64,000 nucleotides of DNA from positions 5,825 to 69,824 of IMG/VR virus record IMGVR_UViG_3300009149_000025; one strand, written 5' to 3'. The notes below the pieces were generated by a model. It was given only the letters and a program-made list of their open reading frames with translations, was not told the origin of the DNA and did not search any database. Origin of the DNA: a virus. Positions within the stretch are counted from its first letter, which is position 1, and the number at the start of each line of letters is the position of its first letter. The translations under genes were made by a program, and so were the position numbers. Positions 49,015 to 57,183 of this stretch are shown here, in pieces.

Positions 49015-50046
49015 ATGAGTCTTGGTAATTACAGTGATTATATAGTGAAGGAAGCTTTGACTCCTGAACAAATACAGAAAAAGAAAGAATTAGCCTTATC
49101 TTCTCAGATGAGAATGTATTTATCTAAGGGACTATCTGATATCTTAAAAACAATGAGTAGCCCGATTGCTAAGGATTTATTATCATTATCATCTCAAGAT
49201 ATTAAATTTGATATATCATATATGGATGTATCTGGTAATGAAGGTATGGTTACATTTATTTCAACAATTAAAGCGTTGAAGATTAATCCAGATTTAAAAA
49301 GTGATAAAATGTCACCTGAAGGAACTGATGTGTGGTCATCTCCACAAAGAGTTCAACCAACTAAAATTGGTAAAATAATAGTTAAACTTTTTAAAGGAAA
49401 ATACACACCATCACAAATTGAACAATTTGGTAATGAATTTAGAGCTAAATGTAGTAAAGATGATAGTAAAATGAAAGTTGTTTATGGTGAAGATATTAGA
49501 AAATATTATAACGAAAATACTTATAGTAGGGAAATATATGGTGGAACTTTAAAAGGTTCATGTATGAGATATAAAGAAAAACAGGGTTATTTCGATATTT
49601 ACTGCGATAATAGTCCTGGTAGTGGTTCTTTTTCACATGTTGGGTTATTGATTCTTTTGGATGATGATGAAAAATTAATTGGTAGAGCATTAGTTTGGTT
49701 TAATAGTGTTAGACCTGAACCAGGTAGAATTTTTATGGATAGAATTTATTATATGAGGGATTCAGACCAAACAGTATTTATTGATTACGCTAAAGAAAGA
49801 GGTTGGTTGTATAAACAATCTCAAACTTTCAATAATGCAAATTATATTGATCCAAAAGATGGTAAAAAACATGGTCTTACATTAACTTTCAGATTAAAAA
49901 ATAAAGATTATAGAAGATATCCTTTCTTGGACACTTTATTATTTTACACACCAGAAACAGGTAGAATATCATCTAAACAAAATAAAAATCCAAAATATAA
50001 GTCGTATAGAATACAAAATCAAGATGGTGGTGCGGCAGGTGTCTAA
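49015..50046 (+). CDS. conserved phage protein (GTLxxSCMR family)
   Basis: GTLKGSCMR, GRALVW, FMDRIYY, YPFLDT; paralog of 26175..27251. Confidence 0.7.
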   Translation: MSLGNYSDYIVKEALTPEQIQKKKELALSSQMRMYLSKGLSDILKTMSSPIAKDLLSLSSQDIKFDISYMDVSGNEGMVTFISTIKALKINPDLKSDKMSPEGTDVWSSPQRVQPTKIGKIIVKLFKGKYTPSQIEQFGNEFRAKCSKDDSKMKVVYGEDIRKYYNENTYSREIYGGTLKGSCMRYKEKQGYFDIYCDNSPGSGSFSHVGLLILLDDDEKLIGRALVWFNSVRPEPGRIFMDRIYYMRDSDQTVFIDYAKERGWLYKQSQTFNNANYIDPKDGKKHGLTLTFRLKNKDYRRYPFLDTLLFYTPETGRISSKQNKNPKYKSYRIQNQDGGAAGV

Positions 50047-50057
50047 CCAATAAAAAT

Positions 50058-50088
50058 AAAACCTTGTAATTTTTACAAGGTTTTTTTT
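50058..50088 (+). terminator. intrinsic terminator
   Basis: AAACCTTGTAA-TTT-TTACAAGGTTT plus T run. Confidence 0.8.
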
Positions 50089-50109
50089 ATTTTATATTAT
50101 AAATTGTGT

Positions 50110-50117
50110 TATATTTG
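50110..50117 (+). promoter_or_regulatory. Bacteroidota-type -7 promoter element (TAnnTTTG)
   Basis: TATATTTG 24 nt before the ATG at 50142. Confidence 0.55.
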
Positions 50118-50141
50118 ATGTATAATTAAAAATATATTATT

Positions 50142-50702
50142 ATGGCTCTAACTATATCAGAATTTAAGAAGTTTTCAATAGACAAACACAATTTACCATC
50201 AGATTCACAGAGATACGGAAGTGCACCGTACGCGGTTCACTTAGATGGTGTAGATAAAGTATTTGAAGAATATGAATATTTACTTGTTGGTGAAGATAAG
50301 ATAAATGCAAGATATGCGATTTGGGGACATGATTTGATAGAAGATACAGATGTTAATGTTAGGGTAATTGCCAAATTAACTAATCACATCGTTGCTGATA
50401 TCGTATATAGAGTAACTAATGAAAGAGGGTACTGTAGAAAAGAAAAGAATTTCAAAACTTATCCAAAAATTTGGTCAAGTGATTTAGCAATTTTTGTTAA
50501 GTTATGTGATAGAATTTCTAATACAAGAAACAGTAAAATCTATGGACAAAAATCAGGTGTTGAAGAAGATGTTGAAAAGGCAGTTGAAATGTATAAGGTA
50601 TATAAAGAAGAATATCCTATATTCAGATATGCTTTAAAGGTGAGAGGGTTATATAAAGTAATGTGGGATGAATTAGATAGATTATATGACTATGAAGCTT
50701 AA
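50142..50702 (+). CDS. HD-domain hydrolase (SpoT/Mesh1 small-alarmone-hydrolase-like)
   Basis: PYAVHL, HDLIEDT, VKLCDRISN. Confidence 0.8.
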   Translation: MALTISEFKKFSIDKHNLPSDSQRYGSAPYAVHLDGVDKVFEEYEYLLVGEDKINARYAIWGHDLIEDTDVNVRVIAKLTNHIVADIVYRVTNERGYCRKEKNFKTYPKIWSSDLAIFVKLCDRISNTRNSKIYGQKSGVEEDVEKAVEMYKVYKEEYPIFRYALKVRGLYKVMWDELDRLYDYEA

Positions 50703-51081
50703 AATCCTTACATATTTATCGGAATATTCAGTATATATACTATATGTTCTTAGTTGTGTAATATTATCAATTCTAATATCTTTGTTATTTTATAAAACCT
50801 TTACATTTATATTATACATATTTATTTGTAGTATTACCGCTTTTGTAATGACAGTATTATATCAATTTATATTACAGGAATGGTTGGTTGAATTGAATTA
50901 TAAACTTGGGTATAAGATGTATAAGAAATTCAAAATAGAAGAAAAAATAGTTTCTAATAGAATAGAAAAACAAAAACAAGAAAGAAAAAATTCTTTTTTG
51001 AAAATTGAAATAAATAAAAAACAAATGGATGAAATAAGTCCTATAAGAGGAATAATAATTAAAAGATTAGAAGATGAATAA
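50686..51081 (+). CDS. membrane protein
   Basis: Two N-terminal hydrophobic segments. Confidence 0.55.
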   Translation: MTMKLKILTYLSEYSVYILYVLSCVILSILISLLFYKTFTFILYIFICSITAFVMTVLYQFILQEWLVELNYKLGYKMYKKFKIEEKIVSNRIEKQKQERKNSFLKIEINKKQMDEISPIRGIIIKRLEDE

Positions 51082-51280
51082 TGTATTTGAGATTGGTATG
51101 AAAATAGAAATTTATGAAAATCGACTTCTATTTATTAAGAAAGATTTACAGAAAGAATTAAGTAAACATGAAATTAATTGGGAGCAAGTTCATAAACTAT
51201 CTACGAAGGCTGTAGATTATAATGAAAAAATAAAAGAACATTTTAATTTGAAATTAAAATGTATTCATGAAAGTGTATGA
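51074..51280 (+). CDS. hypothetical protein
   Basis: 68 aa; overlaps both neighbours. Confidence 0.5.
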   Translation: MNNVFEIGMKIEIYENRLLFIKKDLQKELSKHEINWEQVHKLSTKAVDYNEKIKEHFNLKLKCIHESV

Positions 51281-51462
51281 AAAAATTTAAAATTATAAAA
51301 ATTAATGATGGATATATCATAAAGAAAAGAAATTTTCTTTTCTTTTATGAAACATTACATGGTTCTGTTTTATATAAAACTGAAAACGAAGCAATGACAT
51401 ATATACATACGTTATATTACCCAGATGAATGTGATATTAAGTATGTTGACTTATTAAAATAG
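51277..51462 (+). CDS. hypothetical protein
   Basis: 61 aa; ATGA overlap. Confidence 0.5.
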   Translation: MKKFKIIKINDGYIIKKRNFLFFYETLHGSVLYKTENEAMTYIHTLYYPDECDIKYVDLLK

Positions 51463-51510
51463 TATTGTTAATTTATAACAGTTCTATTCATTTTATGTTG
51501 ATATTTGTCG

Positions 51511-51518
51511 TATATTTG
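51511..51518 (+). promoter_or_regulatory. Bacteroidota-type -7 promoter element
   Basis: TATATTTG upstream of 51551. Confidence 0.55.
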
Positions 51519-51550
51519 TAGTGTAAACAAAAAAAAGAAAGGAGTAAATT

Positions 51551-52432
51551 ATGGGACATGGAAGTTATTCATTTAGTGATAGAACTACTAGATCGACCAA
51601 GTTGGGTTATAATACAAAATCCGCTAAAGATATTTTTGTAGAAAAAAACTTAAACAAAGAAATGAACCCCAAAGGGGTTGCAATAAGAGAATCCAGAGAT
51701 TCAGATGAACATCCAGAATCAGTGGCAATTATGTTAGGATTGGATGTAACTGGTACAATGGGAACAGTTCCACATTATTTGGTAAAAAATGGTTTACCAA
51801 CTATTATGGATAAAATAATCGAAAGTGGTGTAAAAGATCCACAAATTTTATTTATGGGTGTTGGAGATCATAGATGTGATAGAGCACCATTACAAATTTC
51901 ACAATTTGAATCAAGTGATGAATTGATGGACAAATGGTTAACATCTGTTTATTTAGAAGGTGGTGGTGGTAGAAATGGTGGAGAAAGTTATTTTCTACCC
52001 TGGTATTTTGCATCAAGACACACATCTATAGATTGTTTTGAAAAAAGAGGTAAAAAAGGAATTCTAATAACAATTGGTGATGAACCAACTCACGGTAGTA
52101 TAACTAAAAATGAATTGAAAAGAATCGTTGGTAAAACTTTTGTTGAACAACCAATTGTAGTTGATGATACATTTGAACAATGGGATGATGATTTCGTAGA
52201 AATCGATGAACAAGAATATGAAGATAAAGATAATTTTACTGCTGAAGAATTGTTGATTGATGCACAAAAAATGTATGATGTTTATCATATACATATCGCT
52301 CAAACAAAAAGTGGAAAAATTGAAAGTACTGTAAACAAATGGGATGATTTATTAGGTGATAATTTACGTGTTGCTGAAACAAGAGAAGATGTCCCAGATA
52401 TTATTTCAAAAATTATAAACTCTAAAAATTAA
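51551..52432 (+). CDS. vWA-like domain protein
   Basis: LDVTGTMG, GVGD, EGGGGRNGGESY, TIGDE. Confidence 0.75.
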   Translation: MGHGSYSFSDRTTRSTKLGYNTKSAKDIFVEKNLNKEMNPKGVAIRESRDSDEHPESVAIMLGLDVTGTMGTVPHYLVKNGLPTIMDKIIESGVKDPQILFMGVGDHRCDRAPLQISQFESSDELMDKWLTSVYLEGGGGRNGGESYFLPWYFASRHTSIDCFEKRGKKGILITIGDEPTHGSITKNELKRIVGKTFVEQPIVVDDTFEQWDDDFVEIDEQEYEDKDNFTAEELLIDAQKMYDVYHIHIAQTKSGKIESTVNKWDDLLGDNLRVAETREDVPDIISKIINSKN

Positions 52433-52437
52433 AAGAT

Positions 52438-53541
52438 ATGAAGGCGGTAATTGGATTAGGATTCGGTGATGAAGGTAAAGGTTTAGTTACTAATTATTTA
52501 GAAGGATCATTGGTGATTAGATATTCAGGTGGACAACAAGCTGGACACAATGTTGTTTTGAAAGATGGTAAAAGCCATATCTTTTCAAACTTCGGTTCAG
52601 GTACTTTGAAAGGTATACCAACATATTGGTCAAAATTTTGTACAGTTGATCCAGTTGGTATGATGAATGAACTAAATGATTTATTGGAAAATGGGTTCAA
52701 TCCCGTTTTGTATATCGATGGTGATTCTCCAATTACCACTCCATATGATAAGTATCACAATAGTAATAATGTAGCTGATTTAAATCATGGTACATGTGGT
52801 GTCGGTGTCGGTTCTACATTTAATAGAGAAGAACATTTTTACCATTTAACATTCAGTGATATCTTTAATTCGTGGATATTAGATACTAAATTAAATAATA
52901 TTGCTAAATATTATGGATATTTGTCTCATGAATTAATAGAACAAGTTGAAGAATTTTTAATTATGTGTGATGAAATGGTCAAAAGTGGAAATTTTCATTT
53001 AGTTTATGGTATTCCAGATGGTTTTGATGAAGATGGATATGTTTTTGAAGGTTCACAAGGGTTGTTATTAGACCAACACTATGGATTTTTCCCACATGTT
53101 ACAAGATGTAATGTAGGAACAACAAATATTTTAGAAATGGTTACTGATAAATCTTTCGAATTATTCTTGGTGACAAGAGCTTATCAAACAAGACATGGTA
53201 ATGGTCCAATGACTAATGATAATATAGATTTTGATGTAAATAACCCAAATGAAACAAATGTAGATAATGAATATCAAGGTAAATTTAGAAAATCAATTCT
53301 TGATGTATCATTGTTAGAATATGGTATAAATAAAGATAAGTATATTAGAGAAAATCCTAAAAATTTAGTAATTACTTGTCTGGATCAAGTTGATGAATAT
53401 ACATTTACATATGATGGGTTGATGGTTTTATGTGATGATGAAGATGAATTTGTTAAAAGAATTTCAGATATTCTAAATATAGATAGTGTGTATATAAGTA
53501 AATCAAACGTTAGTGAAAATATAAAAAAATGGAATAAATAA
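52438..53541 (+). CDS. purA: adenylosuccinate synthetase-like protein
   Basis: GLGFGDEGKG, QAGHNV, HGTCGVGVG, FEGSQGLLLD, FPHVT, TRHGNGP. Confidence 0.8.
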   Translation: MKAVIGLGFGDEGKGLVTNYLEGSLVIRYSGGQQAGHNVVLKDGKSHIFSNFGSGTLKGIPTYWSKFCTVDPVGMMNELNDLLENGFNPVLYIDGDSPITTPYDKYHNSNNVADLNHGTCGVGVGSTFNREEHFYHLTFSDIFNSWILDTKLNNIAKYYGYLSHELIEQVEEFLIMCDEMVKSGNFHLVYGIPDGFDEDGYVFEGSQGLLLDQHYGFFPHVTRCNVGTTNILEMVTDKSFELFLVTRAYQTRHGNGPMTNDNIDFDVNNPNETNVDNEYQGKFRKSILDVSLLEYGINKDKYIRENPKNLVITCLDQVDEYTFTYDGLMVLCDDEDEFVKRISDILNIDSVYISKSNVSENIKKWNK

Positions 53542-53572
53542 AAAAAGGGAGACTAAATTGTCTCCCCTTTTT
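53540..53572. terminator. bidirectional intrinsic terminator
   Basis: A-run GGGAGAC-TAAATT-GTCTCCC T-run. Confidence 0.8.
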
Positions 53573-53575
53573 CTT

Positions 53576-53770
53576 TTATTTCTTCAAACTTTTCGTGATT
53601 TCTACAGAAGCTTTTCTGTATGGTGTGACTAGTTTTTTAATTTCACCAAGAGCAACTCTAACGTCAGCTTCAGCAGATTTATTGCCTTTTTCAATGAATT
53701 TTTCATGTCTAGCTTTGACTATTTCAAATTGTTCTAAAATTGCATCGTAAATTGATTCTAATTCTTTCAT
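53576..53770 (-). CDS. histone H1-like (Hc1) protein
   Basis: KFIEKGNKSAEADVRVALGEIKKLVTPYRKASVE resembles the GNKAAGxRARK...RKxS pattern. Confidence 0.65.
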   Translation of the reverse strand: MKELESIYDAILEQFEIVKARHEKFIEKGNKSAEADVRVALGEIKKLVTPYRKASVEITKSLKK

Positions 53771-53891
53771 ATATTTTTGTTTAATTTTTTGTATCCCTTA
53801 CTTCATAAAGGATTTATGGGTATATATTCAAATGTGACGGTTCAAAAATAATATATAAACAAAAAAGTAATATTTATATAAGAATTTATAT

Positions 53892-53899
53892 TATCTTTG
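53892..53899 (+). promoter_or_regulatory. Bacteroidota-type -7 promoter element
   Basis: TATCTTTG upstream of the leader ORF at 53919. Confidence 0.6.
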
Positions 53900-53918
53900 T
53901 AAAAAATAAATACAAAAA

Positions 53919-53967
53919 ATGAAGAAGAAAGGATATGGTCTATAAGTAAAAAATAAAACTTATAGAC
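53919..53967 (+). promoter_or_regulatory. leader ORF (MKKKGYGL*) overlapping a 10-bp hairpin that abuts the next start codon
   Basis: uORF 53919-53945; GTCTATAAGT (53938-53947) pairs perfectly with ACTTATAGAC (53958-53967); ATG at 53968. Confidence 0.7.
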
Positions 53968-54270
53968 ATGAAAAAAATAGAACAATACGGTTGGACAAAC
54001 AATCGTTCAGTTTACAACAAACTTCGTAAATATCATTTACAAGGAGTTGGGAAAATCCGTTGTGCTTGGTGTGGTTACAACAAAAACGAAAATAGTAACA
54101 AACACTGGTATGGTGGATTTGAAGAAGATTCCGTAAAATATCCTAGTTGGAAAATTGTTTCTAAAAATAGAAAACAATGGATGGATAAACCAAAAGGATA
54201 TAAAGTAACAAAAAAAGTAATTAAAAGAAGTTGGAGAGATCCATATACCTTATATGAAGTTATTTGGTAA
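53968..54270 (+). CDS. basic Trp-rich hypothetical protein with CxxC
   Basis: KIRCAWCGY, WYGG, YPSWKIVSKNRKQW. Confidence 0.7.
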   Translation: MKKIEQYGWTNNRSVYNKLRKYHLQGVGKIRCAWCGYNKNENSNKHWYGGFEEDSVKYPSWKIVSKNRKQWMDKPKGYKVTKKVIKRSWRDPYTLYEVIW

Positions 54271-54300
54271 AAAATTAACTAATAAAAAAATAAAACAGTC

Positions 54301-54978
54301 ATGAAAACAGTACTAATAGAAATTAGGGACATGGAAGGTGGTGATGATGCTAAGCTTTTAGTCCAAGAAATGAAAAATATTTATCTAAAATCAATAAGAA
54401 TAAATGATTTTAGAATTACATCTATGGATGAAAAATATGGTTAGTTAACCATTGAAGTCTGTGGTGATAATGTAAAAAAATTCTTCTCAAAAGAAATAGG
54501 TGGACACAGATTTCAAAGAGTTCCACCAACCGAATCAAAAGGTAGAGTACACACTTCTACAATTTCCGTATCAGTTTTAGATAGTAAGTCAGAAGTATCT
54601 GATAATCTAAATATGGATGATATTAATGTTTTTTATACAAAAGGAACAGGACCTGGTGGACAACATAAGAATAAAACACAATCATGTGTTAATATGGTAC
54701 ATATACCTACAGGTATAAAGGTAATGGTAGATGGGAGAAATCAACACCACAATTACGATGGAGCTTTAAAAGAATTAAAAAAAAGATTGAAAGATAAGAA
54801 TCAATCGGATTATGATAAAGGATATTTTGATGAAAAAAGAAATTAAATCGGTATTCAAAATAGAAGTAATCGTAGAAGAACTTACAATTTTAGAAATGGA
54901 ATAGTAACAGATCATTTAACTAATAAGAGTACAACAGTGAAGAATGTATTAAAAGGAAAAATTGATTTATTACATTAA
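54301..54978 (+). CDS. prfA: RF1-like class I release factor lacking domain 1, with in-frame TAG (54442-54444) and TAA (54844-54846)
   Basis: One reading frame: IEIRDMEGGDDAKLL, GHRFQRVPPTESKGRVHTS (PxT), GPGGQHKNKT, HIPTG, NRSNRRRTYNF, VTDH, VLKGKID. Confidence 0.85.
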
Positions 54979-54983
54979 TGGAT

Positions 54984-55019
54984 AAAAAAAACCTCAAATA
55001 ATTTATTTGAGGTTTTTTT
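54984..55019 (+). terminator. intrinsic terminator
   Basis: A-run CCTCAAATAA-T-TTATTTGAGG T-run just after the final RF stop at 54978. Confidence 0.8.
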
Positions 55020-55079
55020 GAAAATTTAAAAAAATATGAGTTTGAAATCTTTATATATACTATAAAATATAAAGAAGAT

Positions 55080-55235
55080 ATGAAGAAATCAGATAAAAAG
55101 TTGTGTAATTTTTGGCTACCCAATGAAATTTATGAACATTTAAAATTAAATTCAAAAGATAATTATATGTCAATGACAGATTATGTTATTCAAATGTTAT
55201 TAAGAGATAAAAAAAAATTAGATAAAGGTGTATAA
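55080..55235 (+). CDS. small Arc/RHH-like protein, not in ORF track
   Basis: Hand translation MKKSDKKLCNFWLPNEIYEHLKLNSKDNYMSMTDYVIQMLLRDKKKLDKGV; overlaps the start of the HNH gene. Confidence 0.6.
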   Translation: MKKSDKKLCNFWLPNEIYEHLKLNSKDNYMSMTDYVIQMLLRDKKKLDKGV

Positions 55236-55854
55236 TCATAAAGAATATCAGAAAAATTATTATGAAAATAATAAAGAAGAATTGAATAAGAAATCAAAAG
55301 AATGGGGATTAAAAAATAAAGAAAAGGTTAAAGAATATCGGAAAGAATATAATTTAAAAAATAACAATGTAAATAAAGAAAGAAGCAAAAAATGGGCATT
55401 AGATAACAAAGATAAATCAAAAGAATGGGTATTAAAAAATAAAGAGAAGATTAAAAAATATAAAAAAGAATATAGATTAAAAAATAAAGAAAAAATAAAA
55501 GAAGATTATAAAAAATGGCGTTTAGAAAACAAACAATGTAGAATTCGTAGATTAATTGGTAATTCTTTTAAAAATTGTGGGTATAAGAAAAACACAAAAA
55601 CTGAAAAAATATTAGGTTGTACATTTGAACAATTTAAAACACATATTGAAAACCAATTTGAAAATTGGATGTCGTTTGACAATCATGGTAAATATAATGG
55701 AGAATACTTCTTTGGGTGGGATATAGATCATATAGTTGAATTAAAAAGTGCTAAGACAGAAGAAGATATATTGATATTAAATCATTATTCAAATTTAAGA
55801 CCATTGGATAGTAAAATCAATAGAGTTGATAGAAACAAAAAAAGAGAAAGTTAA
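55228..55854 (+). CDS. HNH-type homing endonuclease with basic helical repeats
   Basis: KNKEKIKEY-type repeats; ILGCTFEQFKTHIE, WDIDHI, NHYSNLRPL...N. Confidence 0.8.
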   Translation: MYNHKEYQKNYYENNKEELNKKSKEWGLKNKEKVKEYRKEYNLKNNNVNKERSKKWALDNKDKSKEWVLKNKEKIKKYKKEYRLKNKEKIKEDYKKWRLENKQCRIRRLIGNSFKNCGYKKNTKTEKILGCTFEQFKTHIENQFENWMSFDNHGKYNGEYFFGWDIDHIVELKSAKTEEDILILNHYSNLRPLDSKINRVDRNKKRES

Positions 55855-55870
55855 TAACCTTCTCTTTTTT
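55838..55870. terminator. probable bidirectional terminator
   Basis: AAAAAAGAGAAAGTT-AAT-AACCTTCTCTTTTTT between convergent genes. Confidence 0.6.
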
Positions 55871-55888
55871 ATTTGAATTTGATAAAAT

Positions 55889-56086
55889 TTATATGATTTC
55901 TACATTTGTAGCAATTTTGCCTTTTTTACCATCTGTTAGTTCAAAACTAACTTCATCATTTTCTTTGATTGTGTCTACTAAACCTGTGACATGCACAAAG
56001 TACTCATCTTCTGTTTCAGATTCTTTAATAAATCCAAATCCTTTTGCATCGTTAAAAAATTTTACGATACCTTTTAATTCACTCAT
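55889..56086 (-). CDS. cspA: cold-shock protein
   Basis: GIVKFFNDAKGFGFI (RNP1), YFVH (RNP2). Confidence 0.95.
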   Translation of the reverse strand: MSELKGIVKFFNDAKGFGFIKESETEDEYFVHVTGLVDTIKENDEVSFELTDGKKGKIATNVEII

Positions 56087-56164
56087 TATTTATTTATTTA
56101 TTTTTTATACGGAAATATTCCGCACATCTATATATAGATATGATAATGTTGGAAAAAGTTGTTT

Positions 56165-56455
56165 TTAATTTTTAAAATGGTTTTTAAGTAGGGATAATCT
56201 CTCTTTTAGAACAAATATCATTTTTTCTTTAGTAACTTCTAAAGTTGGGTGAACTTCTTCATTTTCCCAATAACGAATAGCCTTATTTATTAGTTTTAAT
56301 TCTGATTCATAATTTTCTTTTTCGAAGTTTCTAAACCATGTTTTGTTTGATTTGTATTTAATTCCTTCTGGTATATCAAATTCCTCTTCATCAAAATCAT
56401 CATCGTCCCATTCACCGAAATCTTCAAATTCTTCGTATAGTTTTAAATGTTTCAT
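56165..56455 (-). CDS. MKHLKLYE-leader family protein
   Basis: MKHLKLYEEFEDFGEWDDDDFDEEEF. Confidence 0.65.
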   Translation of the reverse strand: MKHLKLYEEFEDFGEWDDDDFDEEEFDIPEGIKYKSNKTWFRNFEKENYESELKLINKAIRYWENEEVHPTLEVTKEKMIFVLKERLSLLKNHFKN

Positions 56456-56501
56456 GTATTATATATTAAAAAAATAATTTGGAAATTAAATAAATTGGAA
56501 A

Positions 56502-56720
56502 TTAAATAATTTCCCATAATTCCTTTTCAACATCCATGTTAATTATGTCAGATTCATTGTCGTTTAATAATTTTATGGTTTTATCTAATTTTTCTTTCAA
56601 TAATTTATAATCAGAATCATCTTTATAAGATTCTAATAATTTATTCCAATAATTCCATCCATTATCAGTTTTATTTATTGTGTGACATATTACACAATAT
56701 TTGTCTTTTGTTGTTGTCAT
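56502..56720 (-). CDS. hypothetical protein
   Basis: 72 aa; CVICH. Confidence 0.45.
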   Translation of the reverse strand: MTTTKDKYCVICHTINKTDNGWNYWNKLLESYKDDSDYKLLKEKLDKTIKLLNDNESDIINMDVEKELWEII

Positions 56721-56729
56721 AATGATATA

Positions 56730-56939
56730 TTAAATCTTTCTATTCCATTCATTACGAAGATTTTGGAGTTGATCATCAATCTTATTTCCCATATCTTTTT
56801 TAATCAAATGTTCAATATACTCCGATTTAGATAAGTTATTTTCATCTACAAAATTATTCAAAATTTCATTCAATTCCTTTTTTATTGTGATGGACATAGT
56901 TCTCTTTTTGTCTTTTTCTTCTTTTTTTGGTCGTGCCAT
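56730..56939 (-). CDS. ribbon-helix-helix-like protein (type A)
   Basis: MARPKK...MSITIKKELNEIL...SKSEYIEHLIKKDM; paralog of 3258..3434. Confidence 0.75.
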   Translation of the reverse strand: MARPKKEEKDKKRTMSITIKKELNEILNNFVDENNLSKSEYIEHLIKKDMGNKIDDQLQNLRNEWNRKI

Positions 56940-57018
56940 ATTAAAATCTTTTTTCTTTATATCATTTTGGAAAAAAATGGTTTTATTTATTTTATATATA
57001 GTAATAAAACAACAACAA

Positions 57019-57183
57019 ATGAAAAAGGTAAAAACTAAAGTTAGTATATCAATTGCTATTAATAATGAATTATATGATTATTTAAAAGAAAATATAAATA
57101 ATAGATCAAAATATATTGAATATCTTATTTATCAAGATACTAAATCTAAAGGATTAATTGAAAAAGAATTGTATATAATATGA
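57019..57183 (+). CDS. ribbon-helix-helix-like protein (type B)
   Basis: ATG at 57019: MKKVKTKVSISIAINNELYDYLKENINNRSKYIEYLIYQD; paralog of 2998..3159. Confidence 0.75.
   Translation: MKKVKTKVSISIAINNELYDYLKENINNRSKYIEYLIYQDTKSKGLIEKELYII

Noticed and set aside
52438-53541. PurZ (2-aminoadenine DNA pathway)
   Set aside because: The N-terminal motif is GDEGKG with Asp, as in PurA, not the Ser-containing PurZ motif. The nearby HD proteins do not by themselves indicate DatZ.
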